This document shows, in pieces, positions 51,384 to 60,815 of a stretch of DNA of 64,000 nucleotides (the stretch's first letter is position 1; every line of letters begins with the position of its first letter). Made by a program: the position numbers and the translations under genes. Source of the stretch: a virus (taxonomy: Duplodnaviria; Caudoviricetes); IMG/VR virus record IMGVR_UViG_3300028888_000049, one strand, 5' to 3'. The notes below the pieces were generated by a model. That model searched no databases. It worked only from the letters and a program-made list of their open reading frames with translations, and was not told where the DNA came from.

Positions 51384-51531
51384 ATATTACATTATTATAT
51401 ATAATAATAAACGTTATTTGTAAAGCAAAAAATATATTTTATTTTTAGTAGTAATGGAAAAATAGTTTAAAAGTTAGAAATTATATATAACTTCAAATAT
51501 ACATGATTAACGTACAACAAAGGATTTTTAT

Positions 51532-53751
51532 ATGCAGAAAAAGTTTACATTTGACCTATTATATGATATGAGCGTCGTCACAGAAGAACGTGAATGTACG
51601 AATTCTTGCTTTGAGTTTTCACTTCAATATAAAGAATATGAAAAATATCTTTTAATTAGATCTCTTTATAATTACATATATAAACCTTATGAAAGTGAAT
51701 ATCTTAATTCATATTTTTTTGAATGCTATATAAAATATTTAACATATTATCCTTTATCCTGTATTTTTAAGAATACTTATGTTAAGAGTATAGAAAATAA
51801 AATAAATAATTTACCAGAAATAAAAGAATTAATTAATTATAAATTAGAAAGAAATGCGCAAAGTTTAGAATTTGAGTATAAAGAGTTAAATCAAATAGAA
51901 TCTTTTCGTAAATTAATGAAGGATTTAAACAAAGATGTTAAAAATAGAATTAAAAACTTTCTAAAAAAAGAAGAGAAAAAATCTTTAGAAAAAACAGATA
52001 TAATAAATAATTATCACAAGTTTCTTAATACAATAGGTATTAAAACTAAAAAAGAATTAATTTTATCTGATGTATTTCTATTAAAACATACTTATTTATT
52101 TGAATCAGTATTTTCTAGATATAATTTTAATATTAGAGAAAACAAAATAAAAACACTTAATCATTGTTGTGGTTTCGATTGCTCAAAAGTAATCGATAGT
52201 AATTCATCATTTAAAGATTGTTTATTTTCTAAAGATAGATATGATGTTTTAGCTTTTCCATGGATTATACAAAAAACAATAATGGATTATACTGGTAATT
52301 TTGTAAAAGGTTTAACTCAAAGACTACCAACTACAGAATTAACAGAAAAAGACTTTAATCACATATCGCAATTAAGCTACCTTAAATCGCTCCTGGGTGA
52401 TGCTATTGCAAAAAAGAGTAAAGGTGTTAACATTTTATTATATGGCGCGCCAGGGACTGGAAAAACGGCCTTAGCGACTGTTTTAATAAATAGCTTAACA
52501 AATGAGGGTTATTCTGTACCAACAACAGATAAATATACGAGGAATATAAATATCTTTGAAAGTGATTCCTCTCTGGATAAAAACTTTAGACATCAATACT
52601 ATTCTATTCTTCAAAAAGTATTAGAAAAAACAAACAAAAGTGTATTATTATTTGATGAAGCAGAAGATATGTTTAGAGAAACTTTCACTAAAGAATGTTT
52701 TTCAAAATCTGTTATTAATGATATACTTGAAAATAATCCCGTTCCGACTATTTGGACAAGTAATGATCTTTACTGTATGCAATCTTCTTATTTTAGACGT
52801 TTTACTTATATCTTAAATATAGAAGAATTACCACAATCCGTATATAAAAATATTGTAAATAATCTTGCAAGCAAAAATGAAATAAAATTAGATGCTAATA
52901 TCGAAAATATGTTATCTCAATATAAACCTAGTATCGCAATTATAGAAAAAGCTATACAAACATTTAAAAGTACTGGTTTAACGGATCAAAAATACCTTGA
53001 AGAAAATATAAAAGATATATTACAGGGACAAAATTTTGGATATAAACTTCCAAAAGTAAAAAAGAATAACTTTATCTTTAATCCTGAATTAATCAATGCT
53101 TCAGTAGACTTAAACGATCTTACACAACGTATTAAAGCTTCTGGTAGATTAGACTTTAGTTTATTACTTTATGGTGTACCAGGAAGCTCTAAAACAAGTT
53201 ATGCTCGCTATCTGGCAGAAGAATTAGGTATGAAAACTCTTTGCAAAACATATCAAGATTTAGCATCCATGTGGGTTGGCGAAACAGAACATAACATTCA
53301 AGCATTATTCGATGAAGCAGAAAGGAATAAAGCCTTTATTATATTAGATGAAGCTGATGTATTATTACGTGATCGTTCTTCTGCATCAAGAAGTTGGGAA
53401 TTAAGTCAAGTCGAAGCAATGCTTACTTGTATGGAAGATCATCCTTATCCATTTGTTATGACAACTAATCTATTTGAATCTTTAGATCAAGCTGTTATGA
53501 GACGATTCTTGTATAAAGTACAACATAATTATTTATCACCAGTTCAAGTTAATAAAGCATTTAAATACTTTTTTAATATTGATATAACTGAAAATTTAGG
53601 TTTAAGTAAGATAACATCTGGCGATTTTGCAGTAATTAAAAAACAAGCAGAATTTCAATGCAAAATGAATGATAAAGATTGGTTAATTGAACAACTTAAA
53701 TTAGAACAAAATAACAAAAAAGATTTATCTACTGGTAAGATAATACTCTAA
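51532..53751 (+). CDS. Double AAA+ ATPase
   Basis: Walker A GAPGTGKT with Walker B LLFDEAE; second GVPGSSKT with IILDEAD; TTN...LDQAVMRRF second region of homology. Confidence 0.9.
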   Translation: MQKKFTFDLLYDMSVVTEERECTNSCFEFSLQYKEYEKYLLIRSLYNYIYKPYESEYLNSYFFECYIKYLTYYPLSCIFKNTYVKSIENKINNLPEIKELINYKLERNAQSLEFEYKELNQIESFRKLMKDLNKDVKNRIKNFLKKEEKKSLEKTDIINNYHKFLNTIGIKTKKELILSDVFLLKHTYLFESVFSRYNFNIRENKIKTLNHCCGFDCSKVIDSNSSFKDCLFSKDRYDVLAFPWIIQKTIMDYTGNFVKGLTQRLPTTELTEKDFNHISQLSYLKSLLGDAIAKKSKGVNILLYGAPGTGKTALATVLINSLTNEGYSVPTTDKYTRNINIFESDSSLDKNFRHQYYSILQKVLEKTNKSVLLFDEAEDMFRETFTKECFSKSVINDILENNPVPTIWTSNDLYCMQSSYFRRFTYILNIEELPQSVYKNIVNNLASKNEIKLDANIENMLSQYKPSIAIIEKAIQTFKSTGLTDQKYLEENIKDILQGQNFGYKLPKVKKNNFIFNPELINASVDLNDLTQRIKASGRLDFSLLLYGVPGSSKTSYARYLAEELGMKTLCKTYQDLASMWVGETEHNIQALFDEAERNKAFIILDEADVLLRDRSSASRSWELSQVEAMLTCMEDHPYPFVMTTNLFESLDQAVMRRFLYKVQHNYLSPVQVNKAFKYFFNIDITENLGLSKITSGDFAVIKKQAEFQCKMNDKDWLIEQLKLEQNNKKDLSTGKIIL

Positions 53752-53758
53752 AAAATGA

Positions 53759-53797
53759 AAATGGTCTTAGACTTAAATATCTAGGACCATTCTTTTA
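53759..53797. terminator. Bidirectional terminator between convergent genes
   Basis: ATGGTCTTAGA/TCTAGGACCAT stem flanked by A- and T-rich runs. Confidence 0.7.
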
Positions 53798-53813
53798 ACT
53801 TTAATAGTTATTA

Positions 53814-56800
53814 CTAGAATGAAAACTTAGTAACACATTTTACTAATTTAATATCTTCATTCAAGTTTTCTTCTAACGCAATAGCTATTACATTATCATT
53901 AAATGCATTTTTAACAGTACCAACACCTGCTATATCAGATAATTTAATTTTATCAAATTTACGAACCGCTCCTTTGACTTTTACGTTAACTTTACCAGCA
54001 AGAGCTATTGGTAAACCATGTGCTTCACTATTCAAGATAATAGCAGGTTTACTAGAAATAACAGCATTTACTTCAGCTGTAGCTTTTGTAATTTCTTTAC
54101 TACCACCGAAACAAACTAATGTACCTTCTTCATAATCTTCGTCAGCTTCATATAACTCAGCCAAGTCAGCAGTTCCAACTTCAATACCGTCAACAAACGT
54201 TTTAATACCGTTAATGGTTTCATCACCTGTAGTATGTACTAAGTTTGCACCACCACCGCCAGTGCCTCCAGTAATATCATCAAGCTGTCCTTGAATATCT
54301 GATGTTACATTAGAAAGATATCCTAATTGTGTACTTGTCACACCTGAAACAGCAACTTTACCAGAACCATTACTAATTAATGCTCTATTAGCAGTTAAGT
54401 TATTTGTAGTAATAGTAGTCGCAGCACCAGTAATATTGTTTTGTTTATTATTTGTTAATGATGTAATATTACTTTTATTTGTGTTAATTTGACTAACTAA
54501 TGTAGATGTAATACCAGAATTTAAAGCGGCTAATTGTGCAGCAGTCATAGGAGTTTCATTAACTTGATATTCAGGAATCCATCCAGCTTTACCGTCAGTT
54601 CCCCAAACACCTGTATACTTAAATCTCCATGTACCATCTAGTGTATCGCCAGTATAACCAGAAGCATCTTGTACAACCAAATAGTCATTAACTGTAGGTG
54701 TCCTACTTCCAGCATAATCTACAGGATAACTAGAAGCTGCAGTAGGAACAGAAGACCAATCTGCCCAATTTCCTCTAAAGTTAGCTGTATTTGTTTGAAT
54801 TGTAGAATTAACAAATGCTTTATCAGCTAATTGATTAGATGCGCTTGCTTGAGTAGGAATCTTACTATTAATTGTCGTAATATTACTTGTATTTGTGTCT
54901 GTATGTGCATCTACCTCATTAATAGCAGCGACTAAATTACCTTTAGCATCAGTTGTTAACGATGTAAGTGTACCAATATGATTTGTATTTGTATCAGTAT
55001 GACTATCTACTTCATTAATAGCACTCTGTAAAGATGTCTTACTATCAGTTGTTAAATTACTTAATGTACCAATTTGAGTTTGAATAGAACTTGTAACACC
55101 ATGTACATATCCTAACTCTGTAGATGTCGTATCACTAACAGCAATCTTTCCTGAATTATTACTGATAACAGCTCTATTTGTTGTTAAATTAGAAGTTTTA
55201 ATCGTTGATACTGCACCAGCAAGATTAGCTTGTACATACTTAGTAGTAGCTACCTTATAACTATTATCATTTGTAGCTAAATCACATTTATCAAATACAG
55301 CATAAGGATTATTGTTATTATAAACTAAATGTAAACCAGATCTTGTACCTGCCGGAATAGCTTGAGCAACACCTTCTTCATCTTCTGTATAAAATGATGT
55401 CGTATTATCTGCATATACATACAAAACTAATTCATTATTATTAGTAGCTATAGTACTCTCAACACTAGAAATAGGTGTATAACTAATTCTACTATTTAAA
55501 TCACTAGGATCAGATATAGTCGTTTTAGCTTTCATTAACATAGCAGAAGGTGTGATATCTGCGGTACTATATCTTACTGTTAAACCAGAACCAGTAGCTC
55601 CAGTAGTAACATTAGAAGTTCCAGCAGTAGTACCAGAAGGAGCATAGTTTGCAGAAACGATATTTGAAGTAACTACTAATGATGTAACAGCACCAGTCTC
55701 TTCATTAACACCTTGTACCATACACGTTACTTCACCACCAGTATTGGCAACTAAAACTGTATCACCAATTGCATACATACTTCCTGCATTACCAATACCA
55801 TTACCTGTTAATACTACTTTATAAGTCTTATCTGCATCAGACATAATAGGACGACTAAATGTCTTAACACCAACAACAGTCTCAGCATTCGTCTTATGTA
55901 AAAACGTATTATTAACATCATACGTCTTCTGCTTAGTATTAATATCTGTCTCTACATTATTAGCAACATCATTTAAAATCTCCCAAACTTGTCTTACTGT
56001 CGCTAATTGATACCGTTGTGTAGGTAATATATCTGTAGCAAATGGAGACGTAATAACTTCACTATTTCTAATACGCCACGGTAAATACTCACCACCATTA
56101 TATAACTCTACATAATCTGCACTACTAGGAATTACACCCTTCAAATTAATCAAATTATTATATAATCTACCATCAACTTCATCTTCTATTCGTGTCTCTA
56201 CATAATTACGTACAGCATTAGCAGTAGGATACTTACTAGCATCTATCGTTGTATCAGTTCCTGGTATAGTAGTAATCTTATTAGTAGTCTCTTCTAACCT
56301 ATATCCAGCATTAACAATTCTTCCATAAATAGCATTACCATCAACATTACTCATATTCTTCAAGGCTAACGCTGCATCACCCTTAGAAGCAGAACTTAAT
56401 TGAGCTACATCTAAATTACTCGTATCAGCATATGCTAAATTCTTTCCTGCATGTCCTGTCGAAGTCGCTAAATTTACAGTACTAACATTACTCATATCAG
56501 CATACGCTAAATTCTTACCACCATGACCTGTAGACGTAGCTAAATTAACTGTATTAACATTACTCATGTTAACTAATGCTCTACGATTAACCTCACTATC
56601 AACATAACTAGTCTTAGCTAAACCATATGTATTAAAAACCTTAACAATATTACTAGCTATCGCTGACGTACTCTCTAACTCTTCCAAATTACTAAGATCT
56701 GCATACGCCAAATTCTTATCACCAAGGAAACCACGATGCTCAGCCAAAGCCTCAGTAGAAACATTCAGAAAATCTGCACGTGCCATTGGTATGCCTCCAC

Positions 56801-56975
56801 GATTGATTGAATTGTGGAGGCGTATCGTGGCATTGCTATCGGTACCATACTGAATACCGTTATACTTATAACCTAAGTCTACAACAATTTCGCCTTGAAC
56901 ACCTAAAAAGTTAAGATTTGCTTGAGTATCGCCTTTCCTAAAGGACACAGCTCGAGTTTCTATAATGGAAGCCAT
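53814..56975 (-). CDS. Tail fibre with Mtd-like N-terminus, internal repeats and C-terminal autocleaved chaperone-like domain
   Basis: RKGDT...FLGVQGEIVVD...LHNS..GGIPMAR; KNLAYAD.SN repeats; ADLAELYE...IALAGKV. Confidence 0.8.
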   Translation of the reverse strand: MASIIETRAVSFRKGDTQANLNFLGVQGEIVVDLGYKYNGIQYGTDSNATIRLHNSINRGGIPMARADFLNVSTEALAEHRGFLGDKNLAYADLSNLEELESTSAIASNIVKVFNTYGLAKTSYVDSEVNRRALVNMSNVNTVNLATSTGHGGKNLAYADMSNVSTVNLATSTGHAGKNLAYADTSNLDVAQLSSASKGDAALALKNMSNVDGNAIYGRIVNAGYRLEETTNKITTIPGTDTTIDASKYPTANAVRNYVETRIEDEVDGRLYNNLINLKGVIPSSADYVELYNGGEYLPWRIRNSEVITSPFATDILPTQRYQLATVRQVWEILNDVANNVETDINTKQKTYDVNNTFLHKTNAETVVGVKTFSRPIMSDADKTYKVVLTGNGIGNAGSMYAIGDTVLVANTGGEVTCMVQGVNEETGAVTSLVVTSNIVSANYAPSGTTAGTSNVTTGATGSGLTVRYSTADITPSAMLMKAKTTISDPSDLNSRISYTPISSVESTIATNNNELVLYVYADNTTSFYTEDEEGVAQAIPAGTRSGLHLVYNNNNPYAVFDKCDLATNDNSYKVATTKYVQANLAGAVSTIKTSNLTTNRAVISNNSGKIAVSDTTSTELGYVHGVTSSIQTQIGTLSNLTTDSKTSLQSAINEVDSHTDTNTNHIGTLTSLTTDAKGNLVAAINEVDAHTDTNTSNITTINSKIPTQASASNQLADKAFVNSTIQTNTANFRGNWADWSSVPTAASSYPVDYAGSRTPTVNDYLVVQDASGYTGDTLDGTWRFKYTGVWGTDGKAGWIPEYQVNETPMTAAQLAALNSGITSTLVSQINTNKSNITSLTNNKQNNITGAATTITTNNLTANRALISNGSGKVAVSGVTSTQLGYLSNVTSDIQGQLDDITGGTGGGGANLVHTTGDETINGIKTFVDGIEVGTADLAELYEADEDYEEGTLVCFGGSKEITKATAEVNAVISSKPAIILNSEAHGLPIALAGKVNVKVKGAVRKFDKIKLSDIAGVGTVKNAFNDNVIAIALEENLNEDIKLVKCVTKFSF

Positions 56976-57071
56976 TTTAAAATTTATCCTTGATTAAAAA
57001 CTACATGTTATTTATTAGAACTCTTGAATTTCGTAGATAAACTCACTTTCCTTCATATTTATTGAATAAAA

Positions 57072-57118
57072 TGACTTCCGTAATAGAAAGCTTGAGCTCA
57101 ATTTCTATTAGGAAAGTC
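57072..57118. repeat. Long hairpin between GIY-YIG gene and tail-fibre promoter
   Basis: GACTTCCGTAATAGAAA ... TTTCTATTAGGAAAGTC. Confidence 0.6.
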
Positions 57119-57129
57119 TTTATTTTCGT

Positions 57130-58389
57130 TCATCGTCTCTTTTTGTGTTTGAATTCTAATCTGCCTGGTTTATAGGTGTCATCTGGTTTTTCAAATCTAA
57201 AGACAGATTTTTCGCCGTTATTCCACCATTTTTTGCCTTTATTTTGATAACTTGTGATTTGTACAAAGCCTTCTGGAATTGGATCGTCTTTTTTGAGAAT
57301 TATGTTTTCTTTACCGTTTGTATAGATCGTTTTTCCGTACATTGGATTATTTTCGCCTTTAATCTTTTCAGAGGCAAATTTCTTCATTTCTTCTGTTTGT
57401 GCGTAGTTTTTAACACCATAATGTTCTAGATTATATTGTTCAATTTTCTGTAATTTTTGTTGTTTTTTATCTTCTGACAAAGGAAGAGCACCTTTTATCC
57501 AGCCTTCTGGTATAATGTCAGATTCACTAAAATAGCATTGAGTTATACCGTTATTGTATACTTTAGTATTTTTGTTTTTTGGAGATTTATGACGATTATC
57601 ATCTGATTTTACAGGTAATTGCCCTTTTATCCAATCATCACCAGGACATTCTTTTTGAAGTTTTTGTTCAATTCCATTATTCCACCAGTATTTACCATAA
57701 GCAGGATTATTTTCGCCTTTAAGTTCTTGTATAGTCATACCTTGTTTAAAGCCTTCTGGTATTTGATCATCCTTTTTTATTATAATGTTTGTAATTCCAT
57801 CAGTATACCAGTTTGTATTATACATTGGGTTATTTTCACCTTTTAATTTATCTCTAAATTCTTCAGATACAGGTAATTTTCCTAAATGCCATCCATCTCC
57901 GGGACATTCTGAACTTATACATTGTTCTATTCCATCAGTCCACCAATTACCACGACTTTTACAAGTACATCCTCTGTAATATCCTTCTGGTATTGTATCT
58001 TCTTCTTTTAAAAATAAATTATCTATCCCATTTGTATACCAATGTCTTCCTTCAGCAGGTTTTATTCCGTTATTATATTGAGAGAAATCTTGACTACCTC
58101 CTTGTGCTATATTATATCCTTTATCTTTTTCATTAGAGTGATACACTTCTGTTATAAAATACTTTTCTTGTTTTTCTATCTCATCTTTGAATTTTGTTTG
58201 TAATATAACAATATGCTGAATATTGTTCCAACCATATTTTTGTATTGCACTCCATAAATACGGCTGTGCTTTATAATTTACACCAGTATATCCCCAACGA
58301 ACTTTTGGCTTTTGTGATGTTATTCCTACATATACCTTATTATTCGGAAAGATATGTACGTATAAGCTGTAGATCTTCTCTTTTTTCAT
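57130..58389 (-). mobile_element. GIY-YIG homing endonuclease with seven W(Y/W)(T/N)NG-type repeats and three KGENNP repeats
   Basis: LYVH...KVYVGITS..PKVRW, E.YFI, GYNI..GG. Confidence 0.88.
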
Positions 58390-58476
58390 ATAATCAATTT
58401 CCTTCTATTAATTCTTATGTTATATAGAAGTATTTAAAGTTTTCTAATTTGTAAACTTTTTTAGTTTATAGTTCTG

Positions 58477-60801
58477 TTAGAAGTCTATTCTTATTACGCA
58501 TTCCACTGGTTTGTTAGTAGCTATTTCGTGAGCTATAATTTTGCCGAGTGGTTTTCCGTTAGGTACTGTAGAGGCACGTCCTGGTTTGATTTTGGAGAGG
58601 TAGATTTTGTCACCGAATTTAGGTAAGCAGTTTCCGTCCATTAATACAGGTACACGTCCACAGAGAGCTACAGGTAGGTGTAATTGTGATTTCTTTTCAC
58701 CTAGAATATATCCTGGGTTTGTAGAAATAACACCATTACATTCTGTTACAGCTTCTGATATTTCTTTTAGACCTTTACCAAATGTAATTAATGTACCAGG
58801 AAGGTATAGTTTATCACTTTCGTATTCTTCTGCAATATCTCCGTAGTATGAGCGGTATGCTAAACCGTAAAAGCTGATATTTGAATCTGTTACGTGTGGA
58901 GATGTAGAAGATGTACCTTTACCTAAGACTATGTTATTAAATCTTACAAATGTATCGACGTTAATTGGATTTGATAGATCATGTCCAGGTTGTGCACTGT
59001 TACCGGGTCTTGTTGTTTGTAAATAGTTATTACGTAATTCTTTAGGAGTTACAGCTGTTTGTTCTTGAGCATCTGGGTTATTATAAACTTCTTTTACTTC
59101 ATCATTAGTAGCGTATCTTGTTGTACCATAAACTGTATAAGAAGCTTCATTACGTAGATCAAGTGCTAATCTAATTGAGTTAGAAGAAGTACACCATCCT
59201 AAAAATGAATCTGTTTGTGTAAGAGTTGGTCTTCCAGCATTTGTTTCAGAATCGCAGTAGAGTGGTTGATTTAACCAAGATGAAGGAAATGCCCATAATG
59301 CATTAGGTGTAGCAGTACTAGTAACTACAAATTTAGCAGATTGTCCAGAATGTGGTAATTGTGATCTGTAATCGTATTCTGCATTATATACTTTTTTACC
59401 GTTAGGAATAGTAATGTTACCTACTGTTGGTCCTTTAAGAGCAAATGTTTCAATAGCTCCTGATCCGTTAATAGAAGTTACTGTAAGTTTAAAGATAAGA
59501 CCGTGTTCAGCTGGTATTACTAATTCTTCACCTGCTGCATATCCAGTACCTGTAGGTGTATTATTTTCTAGTGTAACAGTATATTGATATGCCGTTGAAT
59601 TGTTTGTAATTTCACCAGAATATACGATACTATTACCTACTCTAATACCAATTGGCATTTTAGTATTAGGTGTTAAATCAGTACGAATATCACCATCTTC
59701 GTTTAATACACTTTTACCTTCAGCTCTTTCGTATTTACCTGTAGTAGCATTCCAATATACAAACATGTAGTTTGTAACATCAGAAGCAAAGTTATCAGCC
59801 TCTACATTTAAAAAGTTATCTGTAGGTTGAATAAATGACCATTCTGTATCTTCATACCATTCTGTATTTGTTTTTCTAGGTAATGCTAATGCTGGAATAC
59901 CTGTACCATATAGATTATCAATTACATAACAGTTATGAGGTCTTTTAGCAGCATTTTGAGGATATACGATCATAGATTCATTTGGTACTTCTGGAAGACT
60001 ATGCGCATCTTCCTCTTCGATAATTAAGTTTTCTACAAATGCTAAATTACCTAATAATGTATTGAAATATAATTTAAGAGCATTACCAATTCTTGATACT
60101 GAAGTTGCATACTTAGTTACTTCTTTTGGTAAAGATGCTACAGCAAATAATACATCAGTATAGCCATCATCTGGATTTTTAATATAAAGACCAATAGTAC
60201 CAAATGACCATTCTTCAGCACCATTATCTGCAAATGCACCAAATCCATCAGGTGGTAAGAGTAATTGATATTGTAATGCACCTGTTGCACTATTAATTTT
60301 CCAAGATAGAATATATTTTAAATATGGATCACCGTAATCTGTATATCCATAGGGATTATTAGCAGTAACATATAAGTTTGGAGAACCGACAGTACCAACA
60401 CTAAATACTACTTCACCAGCTTGTAAGAAATCTGTATCTGTCCAATTAACAAATGGAGTAGCTGGAGAAAGTACAGTATTTTTAAGCATTTTAATACCAC
60501 TGAATGTAAGACTTAATCCACCTCTTTGTACACTTGCTAATTTTTTAAGACCTTCAGTAGTAACAACAAGATTATAAGAATTATCTGGTAATTGAACAAC
60601 CCAGTTAATACCATTAAACTGTTCTAATTCCCAACCATTAGAATCATCACCGATAGCACAATATATACTAGCAATCAATTCTGAAGGATTGTCTATAAAA
60701 TACTGATCTCTACTAATAGGATCACCAGAACCAGTACGTCTAGAAAACCAATAATTATTATTAATAGAATATGATATTAATTGTTCTCTTGTTACTAACA
60801 T
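58477..60801 (-). CDS. Baseplate-attached tail fibre protein with C-terminal chaperone-like domain
   Basis: VVTTEGL, IGLY...LFAVA fibre-base motifs; GTTRYAT..EV...AVTP repeat; DIAEEYE...VALCGRVPV. Confidence 0.7.
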   Translation of the reverse strand: MLVTREQLISYSINNNYWFSRRTGSGDPISRDQYFIDNPSELIASIYCAIGDDSNGWELEQFNGINWVVQLPDNSYNLVVTTEGLKKLASVQRGGLSLTFSGIKMLKNTVLSPATPFVNWTDTDFLQAGEVVFSVGTVGSPNLYVTANNPYGYTDYGDPYLKYILSWKINSATGALQYQLLLPPDGFGAFADNGAEEWSFGTIGLYIKNPDDGYTDVLFAVASLPKEVTKYATSVSRIGNALKLYFNTLLGNLAFVENLIIEEEDAHSLPEVPNESMIVYPQNAAKRPHNCYVIDNLYGTGIPALALPRKTNTEWYEDTEWSFIQPTDNFLNVEADNFASDVTNYMFVYWNATTGKYERAEGKSVLNEDGDIRTDLTPNTKMPIGIRVGNSIVYSGEITNNSTAYQYTVTLENNTPTGTGYAAGEELVIPAEHGLIFKLTVTSINGSGAIETFALKGPTVGNITIPNGKKVYNAEYDYRSQLPHSGQSAKFVVTSTATPNALWAFPSSWLNQPLYCDSETNAGRPTLTQTDSFLGWCTSSNSIRLALDLRNEASYTVYGTTRYATNDEVKEVYNNPDAQEQTAVTPKELRNNYLQTTRPGNSAQPGHDLSNPINVDTFVRFNNIVLGKGTSSTSPHVTDSNISFYGLAYRSYYGDIAEEYESDKLYLPGTLITFGKGLKEISEAVTECNGVISTNPGYILGEKKSQLHLPVALCGRVPVLMDGNCLPKFGDKIYLSKIKPGRASTVPNGKPLGKIIAHEIATNKPVECVIRIDF

Positions 60802-60815
60802 ATTTTATAAACCTT

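Noticed and set aside
53814-56975. Diversity-generating retroelement targeting the Mtd-like fibre
   Set aside because: No reverse transcriptase and no template/variable repeat pair differing at adenines was found in the window
180-58846. Short antisense or nested ORFs in the track (e.g. 180-416, 13279-13617, 22549-22945, 37182-38402, 40586-41035, 47378-49467, 57244-58846)
   Set aside because: Shadow frames of well-supported genes; no RBS or motifs
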